Source of the DNA: Candidatus Geohabitans tengchongensis
GTDB lineage: Bacteria; Sysuimicrobiota; Sysuimicrobiia; Sysuimicrobiales; Humicultoraceae
Assembly (NCBI GenBank): GCA_031459625.1
Contig: JAVKIH010000006.1
Span: forward strand, 1-64,000
DNA: 64,000 nucleotides
Direction of reading: 5' to 3'
Shown in pieces: positions 36,776 through 45,425 of the stretch (positions within the stretch are counted from its first letter, which is position 1; each line of letters opens with the position of its first letter). Under the pieces are notes generated by a model, which had not been told where the DNA came from, made no database searches, and saw nothing but the letters and a program-made list of their open reading frames with translations. The translations under genes and the position numbers were made by a program.

Positions 36776-37906
36776 GTGACCGGCCGTTCCGTCGCCGACC
36801 GCCAGGTGCCCCTCTGGCGCCGCCACTGGCAGGACGAAGGGGATGCAGCCTACCTCTACGAGCGCCTGGCCGCCATGGAGCCCGACGCCGAGCGCGCGCG
36901 GCTCTACCGGGAACTGGCCGGTGTGGAGGCGCGGCACGTCGGCCGCTGGGCGGACGTGCTCCGCGACGCCGGCGAGGCGGTCGGCCCTTACCGCCCCAGC
37001 CTGCGGGCCCGCTTGCTCCTCCTCCTGGCCCGGCTGGCCGGCCGCGAGGCGCTGCTGGCGCTGCTGCTGGGCGAGGAGGCCCGGGAGACCAAGGCCTACC
37101 TCACCGGGGCGCGCCGGTACGGGCACCCGCAGGCGGTGGCGGCGGCGCGGGAACTGGCCCGCGAGTCAGCCGCCCACGCCGAGCGCCTGGGCGCCCTGCT
37201 CGGCGCCCGGGGCGAGCCCTGGCACCGCACCGCCTCGGGCGGGGTGCTGCGCAACGTCGTCTACGGGTTCAATGACGGGCTGACCGCGAACTTCGGGCTG
37301 GTCATGGGGGTGCTGGGCGCGGACGTCCCCCATGCCCTGGTCCTCGTCTCGGGGGTGGCGGGGCTCATCGCCGACGCCCTCTCCATGGGGAGCAGCAGCT
37401 ACCTGGCGGCGCAGAGCGAACGTGAGGTCTACGAGTACGAGATCGCCCTCGAGCGGGAGGAGCTGCGCCTGATGCCCGACGTCGAGGAGGAGGAGCTTTC
37501 ACTTCTCTACCAGGCCCGCGGGCTGCCGCGCGAGACGGCCGCCGAAGCCGCCCGGCGGGTGATGGGCCGGCCTGAGCAGGCCCTTGAGGAGAAGACGGTG
37601 CTGGAGCTGGGCATCGCCGAGCAGCGTGCCTCGCCGCTGCGGGAGGGGTGGATCACAGGCGTGGCCACCGCGGTGGGCGCGCTCATCCCGGTGCTCCCGT
37701 TCGTCGTCGCGGGCGGCCGCGCGGCGGTGTGGACCTCCTTCGCGGTGAGCATGCTCGCGCACTTCGCCGTGGGTGCGGCGCGCAGCGTCTTCACCGGCCG
37801 GGGAGCGCTGCGCAGCGGGCTGGACATGTTTGCAGTGGGGCTGGGCGTGGCCGTCGTGGGCTACCTGGTCGGGGAATTGCTGGCGCGCGCCCTCTCCTCC
37901 CTCTGA
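36776..37906 (+). CDS. VIT1/CCC1 transporter with N-terminal ferritin/rubrerythrin-like domain
   Basis: ExxH motifs (EARH, ESAAH); LRNVVYGFNDGL, ALSMG. Confidence 0.9.
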   Translation: MTGRSVADRQVPLWRRHWQDEGDAAYLYERLAAMEPDAERARLYRELAGVEARHVGRWADVLRDAGEAVGPYRPSLRARLLLLLARLAGREALLALLLGEEARETKAYLTGARRYGHPQAVAAARELARESAAHAERLGALLGARGEPWHRTASGGVLRNVVYGFNDGLTANFGLVMGVLGADVPHALVLVSGVAGLIADALSMGSSSYLAAQSEREVYEYEIALEREELRLMPDVEEEELSLLYQARGLPRETAAEAARRVMGRPEQALEEKTVLELGIAEQRASPLREGWITGVATAVGALIPVLPFVVAGGRAAVWTSFAVSMLAHFAVGAARSVFTGRGALRSGLDMFAVGLGVAVVGYLVGELLARALSSL

Positions 37907-37908
37907 GG

Positions 37909-39435
37909 TCAGGAGACCGCGTGCAGCGCCCGCGCGCTCGCCCGCAGCGCCGGGTAGAGCGCCCCGTAGGTGCGGTAGAGCGCGTCGTACCGTCCGACCC
38001 GGCCGCCGTCCGGGACCGTCCGGCCGGTGGGGGCGACGGCCGTCTCGCACGCGGCCTCCACCGAGGAGAAGAGGCCCGCCCCCACACCGGCCAGCAACGC
38101 CGCCCCGTAGGCCGCGCCTTCCGTGGTGGTCACGGTGACCACCTCGACGCCCAGGACGTCCGCCAGGATCTGCCGCCACAGCGGGCTGCGTGCCCCGCCG
38201 CCGGAGGCGCGCACTTCGGCGACGGCCACGCCCATCCCGCGGATGATCTCCAGGGCGTCGCGCAGCCCGAAGGCCACCCCCTCCAGCACCGCCCGCACCA
38301 GGTGGGCGCGGGTGTGGCGCAGCGTCAGGCCCACGAATGCCCCGCGGGCGAAGGGGTCGGCGTGCGGCGTGCGCTCGCCGGTCAGGTAGGGGAGGAAGAG
38401 GAGCCCCTCGGCACCGGGCGGCACCGCGGCCGCCTCCGCCGTCATCTGCTCGTAGGGGTCCGGGGCGTCCCGGGTCGACCACACGCCCAGCGCGTCGCGC
38501 AGCCAGCGCAGCGAGCCGCCCGCCGAGAGCATCACCCCCATGACGTGCCAGCGGCCGGGGACGGCGTGGCAGAAGGCGTGCACGCGCCCCTGCGGATCGA
38601 TGCGCGGCGCGTCGAGGTGGGCGAAGACGACGCCGGACGTCCCGATGGTCACGGCGACCAGGCCCTCGCGTACGATGCCGGTGCCGACGGCCTGGGCGGC
38701 CTGATCGCCCGCTCCGGCCACCACCGGCGTCCCCTCGGCGAGCCCGGTGGCCTCGGCGGCCGCCCGGGTGAGGCGACCGGTCACCTCGGGTGACTCGTGT
38801 ACGGTCGGCAGCCACGCCCGCGGGACGTCCAGGGCGGCGAGCATCTCTTCCGACCAGGTGCGCCGCTGCACGTCCAGCCAGGTGGTGCCGGACGCGTCGG
38901 CCACGTCGGTGGCCAGCACGCCCGACAGCCGGAAGCGCAGGTAGTCCTTCGGCAGCAGGACGTGGGCGATGCGGCCGTAGACGTCGGGCTCGTGGCGGCG
39001 CAGCCAGAGGAGCTTGGGGGCGGTGAAGCCCGTGAGCGCGGGGTTGCCGGTGAGGGCGATGACGCGCTCGGCACCGACACGCTCGGTGATCCAGGCGCAC
39101 TCCTCGTGGGTGCGCTGGTCGTTCCAGAGGATCGCCGGGCGCAGGACGCGGCCGCTGGCGTCGAGGGCCACGAGGCCGTGCATCTGGCCGGTGAGCCCCA
39201 CCGCCGCGACCTGCGCCGGCGGCACCGCGGACCGGGCGAGCGCCTCGCGGATCGCCTCGGCCGAGGCCTCCCACCAGGCGTCGGGGTCCTGCTCCGTCCA
39301 CCCCGGGCGGGGGACGAGGAGCGGGTACTCCCGCGTCGCCGTGGCCCGCACCGCTCCCGAGGCGTCCACCAGCACCGCCTTGGCCCCGGTCGTCCCGACG
39401 TCGAGGCCCAGCAGGCAGGGCCCGGCGGGGGTCAC
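37909..39435 (-). CDS. xylB: Xylulokinase (FGGY family)
   Basis: GLDVGTTGAK, TGQMHG, WNDQR, GAGDQAA, PYLTGERTP. Confidence 0.9.
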   Translation of the reverse strand: MTPAGPCLLGLDVGTTGAKAVLVDASGAVRATATREYPLLVPRPGWTEQDPDAWWEASAEAIREALARSAVPPAQVAAVGLTGQMHGLVALDASGRVLRPAILWNDQRTHEECAWITERVGAERVIALTGNPALTGFTAPKLLWLRRHEPDVYGRIAHVLLPKDYLRFRLSGVLATDVADASGTTWLDVQRRTWSEEMLAALDVPRAWLPTVHESPEVTGRLTRAAAEATGLAEGTPVVAGAGDQAAQAVGTGIVREGLVAVTIGTSGVVFAHLDAPRIDPQGRVHAFCHAVPGRWHVMGVMLSAGGSLRWLRDALGVWSTRDAPDPYEQMTAEAAAVPPGAEGLLFLPYLTGERTPHADPFARGAFVGLTLRHTRAHLVRAVLEGVAFGLRDALEIIRGMGVAVAEVRASGGGARSPLWRQILADVLGVEVVTVTTTEGAAYGAALLAGVGAGLFSSVEAACETAVAPTGRTVPDGGRVGRYDALYRTYGALYPALRASARALHAVS

Positions 39436-40268
39436 GCGCGGACTCCCGCGACGATCATCTCCAGGACCTCATCCTCGGTGGTTGCCGCCACCGGGCGGGT
39501 GCCGACGTGGCGACCCTGCTTGAGCACCGTGATGCGGTCGCCGATCTGGAAGATCTCCTGCAGGCGGTGGCTGATGAAGATGATCCCCACCCCCTGGTCG
39601 CGCAGGCCGCGCACCACCTCCAGCACCTCGCGCGTGGCCGCCGGGGAGAGGTTGGCCGTGGGCTCGTCGAGGATGAGCACCCGCGGCTCGAAGGAGAGGG
39701 CGCGGGCGATGGCCACGCTCTGGCGTCGTCCGCCGGAGAGGGTGGCCACCTCGGCGCGCACCGAGGAGACCTCCACCCGCAGGCGGCGCAGCACCGCCTC
39801 GGCCCGCCGGTCCATGGTGGCGCGGTCCACGAAGGGTCCGCGCCGCGGCCAGCGGCCCAGCCAGATGTTCTGGGCGACGTCCATGTTGTCGCAGAGCGCG
39901 AAGTCCTGGTAGACCATCTCGATGCCCCGCGCCCGCGCCGCGGCGGGACCGTCGAAGCGCACCGGCCGCCCGTCGAAGAGGATCTCGCCGCTGTCCGCCT
40001 GGTAGACGCCGGTGAGGATCTTCATCAGGGTGGACTTGCCGGCGGCGTTGTCGCCCACCAGCCCCAGGACCTCCCCGGGGAAGAGCGTCAGGTCCACGTC
40101 GCGCAGCGCCTGCACCGCGCCGAAGCGCTTGCTGATGCGGCGCATCTCCACCAGCGGCGCGGGGGCGGTCGCCGCCGTCGCGGGCGCAGGGGCGAACGCA
40201 GCGGTCACGATCGGGTCGTCGGCCTCGACCGGCGGGGGCCCGTCCCGCACCGGGCGTGCACGCGGCAC
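39432..40268 (-). CDS. Monosaccharide ABC ATP-binding protein, single domain (start uncertain)
   Basis: GDNAAGKST, LSGGRRQ, ILDEPT. Confidence 0.92.
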   Translation of the reverse strand: MPRARPVRDGPPPVEADDPIVTAAFAPAPATAATAPAPLVEMRRISKRFGAVQALRDVDLTLFPGEVLGLVGDNAAGKSTLMKILTGVYQADSGEILFDGRPVRFDGPAAARARGIEMVYQDFALCDNMDVAQNIWLGRWPRRGPFVDRATMDRRAEAVLRRLRVEVSSVRAEVATLSGGRRQSVAIARALSFEPRVLILDEPTANLSPAATREVLEVVRGLRDQGVGIIFISHRLQEIFQIGDRITVLKQGRHVGTRPVAATTEDEVLEMIVAGVRA

Positions 40269-40290
40269 GGGCGGGCCCCGCCGCCATCCC

Positions 40291-41256
40291 TCACTTCTGG
40301 AGGAACCGGTCGACGTTCTCCCGGGTGACGATGTCCACGCCGGTGTTGTAGAAGGTCTGGGCCGGCTTCATCTTCTTGACCACGATGTCGTTGAGCAGCT
40401 CGATGGACCGCACGCCCATCTGGTAGGGACGCTGCCCCACGAGCCCGGAGACGAACCCCTCCTTCACCAGCCGCAGCTCCGGCTCCAGGGTGTCGAAGGA
40501 GACGACGGTGAAGCGTCCCGCCTTGATGTCCGCTTCCTTCTTCTTCACGGCGTTCTTGTACGCCTCAGGGGCGAAGAGCGGCCACCCGCCCACCATGACG
40601 ATGGCGGTGAGGTTGGGGTTGGCCGTGATCATCTGCTCCACCAGCTGCACGGCCCGGTTGATGTCGTCGTTGCTGGGGAAGGGCGAGCCGCTGACCTCCC
40701 GGTACTTGCTGGTGTCGGTGACGACGCTCTTGAACCCCTTGATGCGCTGGTTCAGGTTCACCGCTCCCAGGCCCCCGGTGATGATGCCGTAGGTGGCGCC
40801 GTTGGGGGCGAAGCGCAGGAAGAGCCGGCCGAGCTCCTTGCCGGCGGCCTCGTTGTCCGTCCCCACGAAGGCCAGCCGGCCGGACTCCGGCGCCGCGTCC
40901 GAGTCGAAGGTGATGACCGGGATCCCGCCGGCCATCGCCTTCTTGATCACGGGTACGACGCTCTTGCCGTCCACCGGCGAGATGGCCAGCCCGGAGACCT
41001 TCCGGGCCACCAGCGCCTCCAGCACGCGGATCTGCGGGGCGATCTCCGTCTGCTCCGGCCCCGTGAACTCGCAGGTGACGTTCAGGCGCTTGGCTGCCTC
41101 CATGCAGCCGTCGCGCACCTGGTTGAAGAACGGGTTGTTGATCGCCTTGGGGACGACGGCGAAGACGGGCCGAGCCGCCCCCTCGACCGGATGGAGTCCC
41201 GCCAGGCTCCCCAGGAGGACCCCGACGAGCAGGACGCGCAGCCAGATGGTTCGCAT
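40291..41256 (-). CDS. Monosaccharide ABC substrate-binding protein
   Basis: Signal peptide, NNPFF, PVITFDSD, GTDN. Confidence 0.92.
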   Translation of the reverse strand: MRTIWLRVLLVGVLLGSLAGLHPVEGAARPVFAVVPKAINNPFFNQVRDGCMEAAKRLNVTCEFTGPEQTEIAPQIRVLEALVARKVSGLAISPVDGKSVVPVIKKAMAGGIPVITFDSDAAPESGRLAFVGTDNEAAGKELGRLFLRFAPNGATYGIITGGLGAVNLNQRIKGFKSVVTDTSKYREVSGSPFPSNDDINRAVQLVEQMITANPNLTAIVMVGGWPLFAPEAYKNAVKKKEADIKAGRFTVVSFDTLEPELRLVKEGFVSGLVGQRPYQMGVRSIELLNDIVVKKMKPAQTFYNTGVDIVTRENVDRFLQK

Positions 41257-41333
41257 ACGTCCACCCCCTTTTGCGACTCATGCCTGCCACACCGTGTCGT
41301 GCTGTCGTCTCACCTCCCCTCCGGCGTCTGGGC

Positions 41334-42398
41334 TCAGCGGCCCTCGACCGCTCCGGGCGCCGCGCCGGCGGGAGCCGCGGCCGCCTGCGCCGCCGCCGCC
41401 ACCAGGCGCAGGCGCACCCGGTCGAGCAGCACCGCCACGATGATGGTGGCACCGATGACCACCTGCTGCCAGAAGGCCGGGACCCCCATCAGCACCATGC
41501 CGTTCTGCAGCACCCCGATCAACGCCGCGCCGATGACCAGCCCCAGGATCGACCCCCGTCCCCCCAGCAGGCTCACTCCGCCGATGACCACGGCGGCGAT
41601 GACCCCCAGCTCCATCCCCTGGCCCAGGGTGGCGTCGCCCACGGAGAGGCGGGCCGCCAGCAGGATCCCGGTGAGGGCGGCCAGGCCGCCGCTGGCGACG
41701 TAGGCGGTGAGCTTCACCCGGTCGACGTCGATACCGGCGACGCGGGCCGCGTCCTCGTTGCCGCCCACGGCATAGAGGTCGTAGCCGAAGGGCGTGCGGG
41801 TGGTGACGATCCAGCCCACCAGCACCACCACCGCCATGTAGATCACGGGCGCGGGCACGGGGCCGACGAAGCCGGCGCCCAGCGCCACGAAGAGGTCGGC
41901 CTGCGGTCCCAGTTCGGTGATGGGGAAGCCCCGCGTGATCACCAGGGCGAGCCCGCCGGCCACGGAGAGCATGCCCAGCGTGGGGATGAGCGGCGTCATC
42001 CTGGCCTTCGTCACCAGCAGGCCGTTCGCCAGCCCCACCCCCACGCCGGCGGCGGTGCCGGCGACCATGGCCAGCAGCAGGGGCTGGCCCAGGCTGAGGA
42101 GCTTGGTGGCCACCACCCCGCCCAGGCTGACCACCGAGCCCACAGAGAGGTCGATCCCCCCGCGCCCGGTGAGGATCACCAGGGCCTCGCCCACCCCGAC
42201 GGCGGCGATGAACGAGAAGTTGCGGGCGATCTGGAAGAGGTTGTCGGTCTGCAGGAAACGGGGCGCCCGCAGGGTGATGAGCGCCATGAGCAGGACCAGT
42301 GCGGCCAGGATGGCCAGCTCGTAGGAAAGCTCCAGCCGGCGGGCCTCCTGCGTCGCGGCCAGCGGTTCGGTGGACTGCGTCGCCGGCGTCTCAGCCAT
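41334..42398 (-). CDS. Monosaccharide ABC permease (RbsC-type)
   Basis: GIDLSVGS, AVGGNEDAARVAGI, IAAVVIGG. Confidence 0.93.
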   Translation of the reverse strand: MAETPATQSTEPLAATQEARRLELSYELAILAALVLLMALITLRAPRFLQTDNLFQIARNFSFIAAVGVGEALVILTGRGGIDLSVGSVVSLGGVVATKLLSLGQPLLLAMVAGTAAGVGVGLANGLLVTKARMTPLIPTLGMLSVAGGLALVITRGFPITELGPQADLFVALGAGFVGPVPAPVIYMAVVVLVGWIVTTRTPFGYDLYAVGGNEDAARVAGIDVDRVKLTAYVASGGLAALTGILLAARLSVGDATLGQGMELGVIAAVVIGGVSLLGGRGSILGLVIGAALIGVLQNGMVLMGVPAFWQQVVIGATIIVAVLLDRVRLRLVAAAAQAAAAPAGAAPGAVEGR

Positions 42399-42513
42399 GG
42401 TGCATGTGCGGGCGCGGGGTAGTCTTCGACGTCTCTCCGCGGTGCCCTCCACTCCGGCCGGCGGTCAATGTCGAAGTCGGTGTGGCCGGCGCCCCCGCAA
42501 AGCCGGCCGTGCA

Positions 42514-42542
42514 TTGACAGCCCCCGCCTGCCCTTCTACACT
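42514..42542 (+). promoter_or_regulatory. Sigma70-type promoter TTGACA-N17-TACACT
   Basis: Consensus -35 and spacing directly upstream of the riboswitch. Confidence 0.8.
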
Positions 42543-42561
42543 TCATGGTAAATCGGCACGC

Positions 42562-42608
42562 GGCGATGAGGCTCGCCGATAACCGCCTTCACGGCTGATA
42601 GCCTCTAC
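42562..42608 (+). ncRNA. Fluoride (crcB-motif) riboswitch
   Basis: GGCGATGAGGCTCGCC-GATAACCGCC-TTCAC-GGCTGATAGCCTCTAC: P1 GGCGA/TCGCC, pseudoknot GAGGC/GCCTC, terminal TAC. Confidence 0.9.
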
Positions 42609-42629
42609 CCTCGCGGGTAGGGGCTTTTT
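42601..42629 (+). terminator. Intrinsic terminator (riboswitch expression platform)
   Basis: GCCTCTACCC-tcgc-GGGTAGGGGC-TTTTT, overlapping the aptamer 3' strand. Confidence 0.85.
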
Positions 42630-42690
42630 CGCTGGCGCGGACCCTGCCCGGCGCAGGGGTCGCGCCAGTTGCCGTTTTCGGGAGAGGGGC

Positions 42691-43863
42691 ATGACGGACG
42701 CCTGGACTGCCACGGTCCTGGGGCTGCTGATCTTCCTGGCCACCATCGCCTCGGTGGAGCTCGGCATCTCCGTCGCGCTGGTCGAGATCCTGCTGGGGGT
42801 CCTGGGCGGCAACCTCCTCGGCCTGCACACTACCCCGTGGGTCGACTACCTGGCCGGCTTTGGCGGGATCGTCCTCACCTTCCTCGCCGGAGCCGAAGTC
42901 GACACGGACGTCCTGCGCGAGCAGCTCGGGCCGAGCCTCCTCATCGGCGGCCTCTCCTTCCTCCTGCCATTCGCCGGCGCCTGGGCCGTGGCGCAGTGGG
43001 GGCTGCACTGGACGCCCGAGGCCAGCCGGATTGCCGGCGTAGCCCTCTCCACCACCTCTCTGGCGGTGGTCTACGCCGTGCTGGTCGAGACCGGTCTCAC
43101 CCACACGGCGCTGGGCAAGCTCCTCATGGCCAGCACCTTCGTCACCGACTTCGGCACCGCCGCCGCCCTCAGTGTCCTCTTCGTCACGCCGACGGTCTGG
43201 ATGGCAGGGTTCGTGGGTGTGGCGGTGGCCATCGTGCTGATCATGCCGCGCCTGCAGCCCTGGATCTTCAGGCGCTACGGCGGCCGCATCATCGAGGCGG
43301 AGATCAAGGGCGCCTTTGCCGCCCTGCTGGCGCTCATGTACCTGGGGCAGCGGTCCGACAGCCATGCCGTCCTGCCGGCCTTCGTCCTGGGTCTGGCCTT
43401 CTCCCGCATCTTCGCCACGCACCCGGACACGCAGCGCCGCTTCCGGGTGGTGGCCTTCGCCATGCTCACGCCCTTCTTCTTTATCAAGGCCGGACTGAAC
43501 GTGCAGCTCACCGCCGTTGCCGCCAGCCTGAGGACCCTGGGACTCCTCTTCGCGGTCAAGGTGGCGCTGAAGTTCGCCGGCGTGCTGCCGGCGGCGCGGC
43601 GCTCCGCTCCCGTCGGCGCCGTCTACCTCACCCTGTTGATGAGCACCGGCCTGACCTTCGGGACGATCTCCTCACTGTACGGCCTGCAGGCCGGCATCCT
43701 CGACCGGACCCAGTTCTCCCTCCTGGTGACGACGGTGATCGCCACCGCGGTCGTCCCCACGCTGGTCGCCCAGCGCTGGTTCTCGCCGTCGGCCGGCGGC
43801 GCTGCCGCGGGGGAGTCGGCAGCGGGGGTCCTGGTCCCGGCCGCGGCGGAAGGGGACGAGTAG
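42691..43863 (+). CDS. Cation:proton antiporter (CPA/Kef-type)
   Basis: Many TM segments, FLAGAEVD, STTSLAVV, TFVTD, PFFFIKAG. Confidence 0.9.
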   Translation: MTDAWTATVLGLLIFLATIASVELGISVALVEILLGVLGGNLLGLHTTPWVDYLAGFGGIVLTFLAGAEVDTDVLREQLGPSLLIGGLSFLLPFAGAWAVAQWGLHWTPEASRIAGVALSTTSLAVVYAVLVETGLTHTALGKLLMASTFVTDFGTAAALSVLFVTPTVWMAGFVGVAVAIVLIMPRLQPWIFRRYGGRIIEAEIKGAFAALLALMYLGQRSDSHAVLPAFVLGLAFSRIFATHPDTQRRFRVVAFAMLTPFFFIKAGLNVQLTAVAASLRTLGLLFAVKVALKFAGVLPAARRSAPVGAVYLTLLMSTGLTFGTISSLYGLQAGILDRTQFSLLVTTVIATAVVPTLVAQRWFSPSAGGAAAGESAAGVLVPAAAEGDE

Positions 43864-43889
43864 AGGGCGCAGGCGGGGGCGGAGCGGTC

Positions 43890-45425
43890 ATGGGCGTCCA
43901 CAGCATCCTCTTCCTCCGGCCGGAGCAGCGGGCCGCCGCGGAGGACGCGGAGGCCCCGGACTGCTTCCGCGACCTGCACCTCGATCAGGTGGTCGAGGCC
44001 GTCACCGCTGGCCGGAGCGAGTACCGGCTCCAGGGTTTCTTCCACACCCCGCTGCCCGACCTGGAGAGCATCGCGTACCGGCACGAGGTCTTCCGGGACC
44101 TGGAAAGCACGGCCCTGGAGGCGGTGGTGCGCACCTTTGCCGACCGGATGCGCGCGGTGCGGGGGCAGCTGGCGCGGGCCGCCAAGCTCCGCTATCCCCT
44201 GCAGCAGGAGCGCTGGTTCCTGGAGGCGGTCGCCACGTACCTCGATGCGGTCGGAGATCTCTGCCGGGCGCTCGGCGGCCTCGACCTGCGGTCGCGCGGT
44301 TTCCAGGACCTGCGGGCGTATCTCGCCGGGTACGCCGGGTCGCCCGGGTTTACCGCGCTCGCCGCCGAGACCGCCCGGCTCCGCCAGGACCTGGCAGGCG
44401 TCACCTACTCCCTGCACATCCACGGCAACCGCATCCGCGTCGCCCGGTACGCGGGAGAGGGGGACTATGCGGCGGATGTGGAGGCTACCTTTCAGCGGTT
44501 CCGGCGGGGCCCAACGAAGGACAACCGGGTCGACATCCGCGACTGGCCGGAGATGAACCACGTCGAGGCCGCAGTTCTGGAGCGCGTGGCCCTGCTCCAC
44601 CCCGAGGTCTTCGGCGCCCTCCACCGCTACTGCGAGGGCTACCGGGACTTCCTGGACCGCGTGGTCGCCGACTTCGACCGGGAGGTCCAATTCTACCTGG
44701 CTTACCTGGAGCATTGCCGCCGCTTCTCGGCGGCAGGGTTGCGCTTCTGCTATCCCGACGTGTCCGACCGCTCCAAGGCGATCGCGGCGCGCGACACCTA
44801 CGACCTGGCCTTGGCTGACCGGCTCGTCCGCGAGGGACGGCCGGTGGTGTGCAACGACTTCGCCCTCCGGGGACCCGAGCGCATCATGGTCGTCACCGGC
44901 CCCAACCAGGGCGGCAAGACTACCTTCGCCCGGACCGTCGGCCAGCTGCACTACCTGGCCAGCCTGGGGTGCCCGGTGCCCGGGACGGCGGCCCGCCTCT
45001 TCCTGTGCGACCGCCTCTTCACCCACTTCGAGCGGGAAGAGCGGGTCGAGAACCTGCGGGGCAAGCTCCAGGACGACCTGCTCCGGTTGCGCGAGATCCT
45101 GTCGCGCGCCACGCCCCGCAGCCTGGTCATCGTGAACGAGGCCTTCACCTCGACCAGCCTGCGGGATGCCCGGTTCCTGGGCCGGCGGGTGCTCGAGCGG
45201 TTCCTGGCGCTCGACCTGCTGGGGGTCTGGGTGACCTTCGTCGACGAGCTGGCCGCCCTCGGAGACCAGACGGTGAGCATGGTGAGCACGGTCGATCCCG
45301 CCAACCCCACCCGGCGGACGTTCAAGATCGTGCGCCGCCCGGCGGACGGGCGCGCCTACGCGGCGGCCATCGCCGAGCAGTACGGTTTGAGCTACGAACG
45401 CCTGAAGGAGCGCCTGGCCCGGTGA
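43890..45425 (+). CDS. MutS-related ATPase A (domain V only recognisable)
   Basis: VCND, TGPNQGGKTTF, LFTHF, GKLQDDL, NEAFTST. Confidence 0.88.
   Translation: MGVHSILFLRPEQRAAAEDAEAPDCFRDLHLDQVVEAVTAGRSEYRLQGFFHTPLPDLESIAYRHEVFRDLESTALEAVVRTFADRMRAVRGQLARAAKLRYPLQQERWFLEAVATYLDAVGDLCRALGGLDLRSRGFQDLRAYLAGYAGSPGFTALAAETARLRQDLAGVTYSLHIHGNRIRVARYAGEGDYAADVEATFQRFRRGPTKDNRVDIRDWPEMNHVEAAVLERVALLHPEVFGALHRYCEGYRDFLDRVVADFDREVQFYLAYLEHCRRFSAAGLRFCYPDVSDRSKAIAARDTYDLALADRLVREGRPVVCNDFALRGPERIMVVTGPNQGGKTTFARTVGQLHYLASLGCPVPGTAARLFLCDRLFTHFEREERVENLRGKLQDDLLRLREILSRATPRSLVIVNEAFTSTSLRDARFLGRRVLERFLALDLLGVWVTFVDELAALGDQTVSMVSTVDPANPTRRTFKIVRRPADGRAYAAAIAEQYGLSYERLKERLAR

Noticed and set aside
42669..45425. 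918-aa ORF suggesting a large fusion to MutS
   Set aside because: The first ~400 codons are an alternate frame of the antiporter gene; the real start is ATG 43890
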